Positions 63,601 to 64,000 of a stretch of DNA of 64,000 nucleotides are shown piece by piece. Made by a program: the position numbers and the translations under genes. Location: assembly GCA_000002435.2 (NCBI GenBank), contig CM018790.1; one strand, 5' to 3'. The stretch comes from Giardia intestinalis. Lineage: Eukaryota. Position 1 is the first letter of the stretch, and each line of letters begins with the position of its first letter. A model generated the notes under the pieces. The model searched no databases. It saw only the letters and a list, made by a program, of their open reading frames with translations, and was not told the DNA's origin.

Positions 63601-64000
63601 GCCCCGCTGGTACCTCCCCGCCAAGCAGTCCCCTATGAACAGGACCTGCGTGTTGTCCAGGGGTGCGCAGCCCAGCAATGCGAGCGGCAGGAAGGATCGG
63701 AGCGCGGCCGTGTCCTGCAGGCGCTTCTTCCTCAGCTCGCGGAAGACGCCCGCCTTCATGTCCTGGCGCTGCCTGTGCATCTCGTCGTAGTAGTGATGGG
63801 GCAGCACCAGTCCGAGGCCGTACTTCGCGCGGGGCGTCAGAGCAAGGGTCTTCGCAAGGGGTTCGGGGATCTCCAGAAGGGTCGCGACCTCCTCCACTAT
63901 CTGCGCATCGACGTCGGCATAGGGGGACGGGCCCGGGTAGTCGTCAACAAGGGGTCCATAGTTAACTGCAGGGACGACGCAGGCAGACAGGAGCCTGAGG
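60631..64000 (-). mobile_element. 3' portion of an R2-clade, restriction-like-endonuclease-type non-LTR retrotransposon (Genie/GilM/GilT-like) on the minus strand. It comprises a GC-rich block at 60631-62688 (putative long 3' UTR or spacer) and a coding C-terminus at 62689-64000. The element continues beyond the window edge.
   Basis: See the CDS below. The extent of the non-coding part is an inference. Confidence 0.5.
62689..64000 (-). CDS. C-terminal region of a non-LTR retrotransposon polyprotein: CCHC zinc-knuckle plus PD-(D/E)xK restriction-like endonuclease, apparently intact. The frame is open to the window edge, so the RT domain presumably lies beyond 64000.
   Basis: ...GTCCHCKQPFLPRHHLVCKAINGIHVARHDKILDALL...LQPDLVIGGGFGDLVVTVPWRLERSYALKAAKY. 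The C-x-C...H-x3-C motif followed by RHDKI(L/V) and PDLVI...D...K parallels the R2 RLE domain (C..C...H...C, RHNKIV, KPDLV). The minus-strand frame has no stop from 63897 to 64000. Confidence 0.65.
   Translation of the reverse strand, partial: LRLLSACVVPAVNYGPLVDDYPGPSPYADVDAQIVEEVATLLEIPEPLAKTLALTPRAKYGLGLVLPHHYYDEMHRQRQDMKAGVFRELRKKRLQDTAALRSFLPLALLGCAPLDNTQVLFIGDCLAGRYQRGRPMGTCCHCKQPFLPRHHLVCKAINGIHVARHDKILDALLACSRGRAGSVVRNPTIPVDHLQPDLVIGGGFGDLVVTVPWRLERSYALKAAKYRPLVLQGRAAHILPVVVGADGVLHHLSAAGLAFAGVDLARFMQEAAQVILWHYRLSALLYAGLRVERPVHRPAPAVSLPEPAPNEARATPPTPLTPAMWSPGTSPSVEIMADLSQHPDAAVPPPWGPAEVSSSITWGTDHPAQPDANERPDPFMCSRAPSPPPLDDDSPDDAGAPEPVHKALPSFFKRVGPPKPHAPDGFYPFKRIDTGR

Noticed and set aside
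1-64000. Search for a prokaryotic defence or novel operon-type 'system' as hinted by the task.
   Set aside because: Every line of evidence points to a protist nuclear region: dynein heavy chain, NSF, NEK kinases, ankyrin arrays, annexin-like giardins, a CRGKA VSP, eukaryotic LSU rDNA and AGTAAAC poly(A) signals. No bacterial gene organisation is present.
59900-64000. Telomeric (TAGGG)n repeats expected near Giardia rDNA and GilT arrays.
   Set aside because: I scanned for runs of taggg or cccta and found none in this window. If present they lie beyond 64000.

Overview
This 64-kb window looks eukaryotic and matches the Giardia intestinalis (lamblia) nuclear genome. I base that on a cysteine-rich surface protein ending in the diagnostic ...CRGKA tail (a variant-specific surface protein, VSP), alpha-giardin (annexin-like) genes, several NEK-kinase and ankyrin-repeat ('protein 21.1'-type) paralogs, very long intron-less ORFs, AT-rich initiator sequences directly before ATG codons (e.g. 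aaaacaaaaATG, ttttaaaATG), and AGTAAAC polyadenylation motifs a few nucleotides after stop codons. No prokaryotic system is present.

Gene content, in order along the window:
- a coiled-coil protein carrying a perfect 951-bp in-frame tandem duplication
- an adenylate-kinase-like P-loop protein with an N-terminal DPY-30/RIIa motif
- a MYCBP/AMY-1 homolog
- a 4773-aa dynein heavy chain
- a NEK pseudokinase with ankyrin repeats
- a 1649-aa hypothetical protein
- two ankyrin-repeat proteins
- a tandem pair of alpha-giardin genes, one truncated and one carrying an apparent 1-bp frameshift
- NSF (N-ethylmaleimide-sensitive factor)
- a P4-type (flippase-like) P-type ATPase, apparently frameshifted in an A6 run
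- a VSP with about 14.5 copies of a 111-bp repeat
- an apparently active NEK kinase with ankyrin repeats

The most notable structures are:
- three nearly identical ~3.1-kb copies of a degenerate, reverse-transcriptase-bearing element with 25-bp terminal inverted repeats, all sharing the same frame breaks, each sitting beside a truncated or directly abutted host gene
- a subtelomere-like junction at the right end of the window: the NEK gene's 3' end, then an internal fragment of LSU rDNA truncated at both ends, then a GC-rich block, then the C-terminal region (CCHC plus restriction-like endonuclease) of an R2-clade (Genie/GilM/GilT-like) non-LTR retrotransposon on the minus strand that runs off the window

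The supplied ORF track uses non-ATG starts (TTG/GTG/CTG shown as M) in several places. I re-anchored starts to in-frame ATGs where I could.
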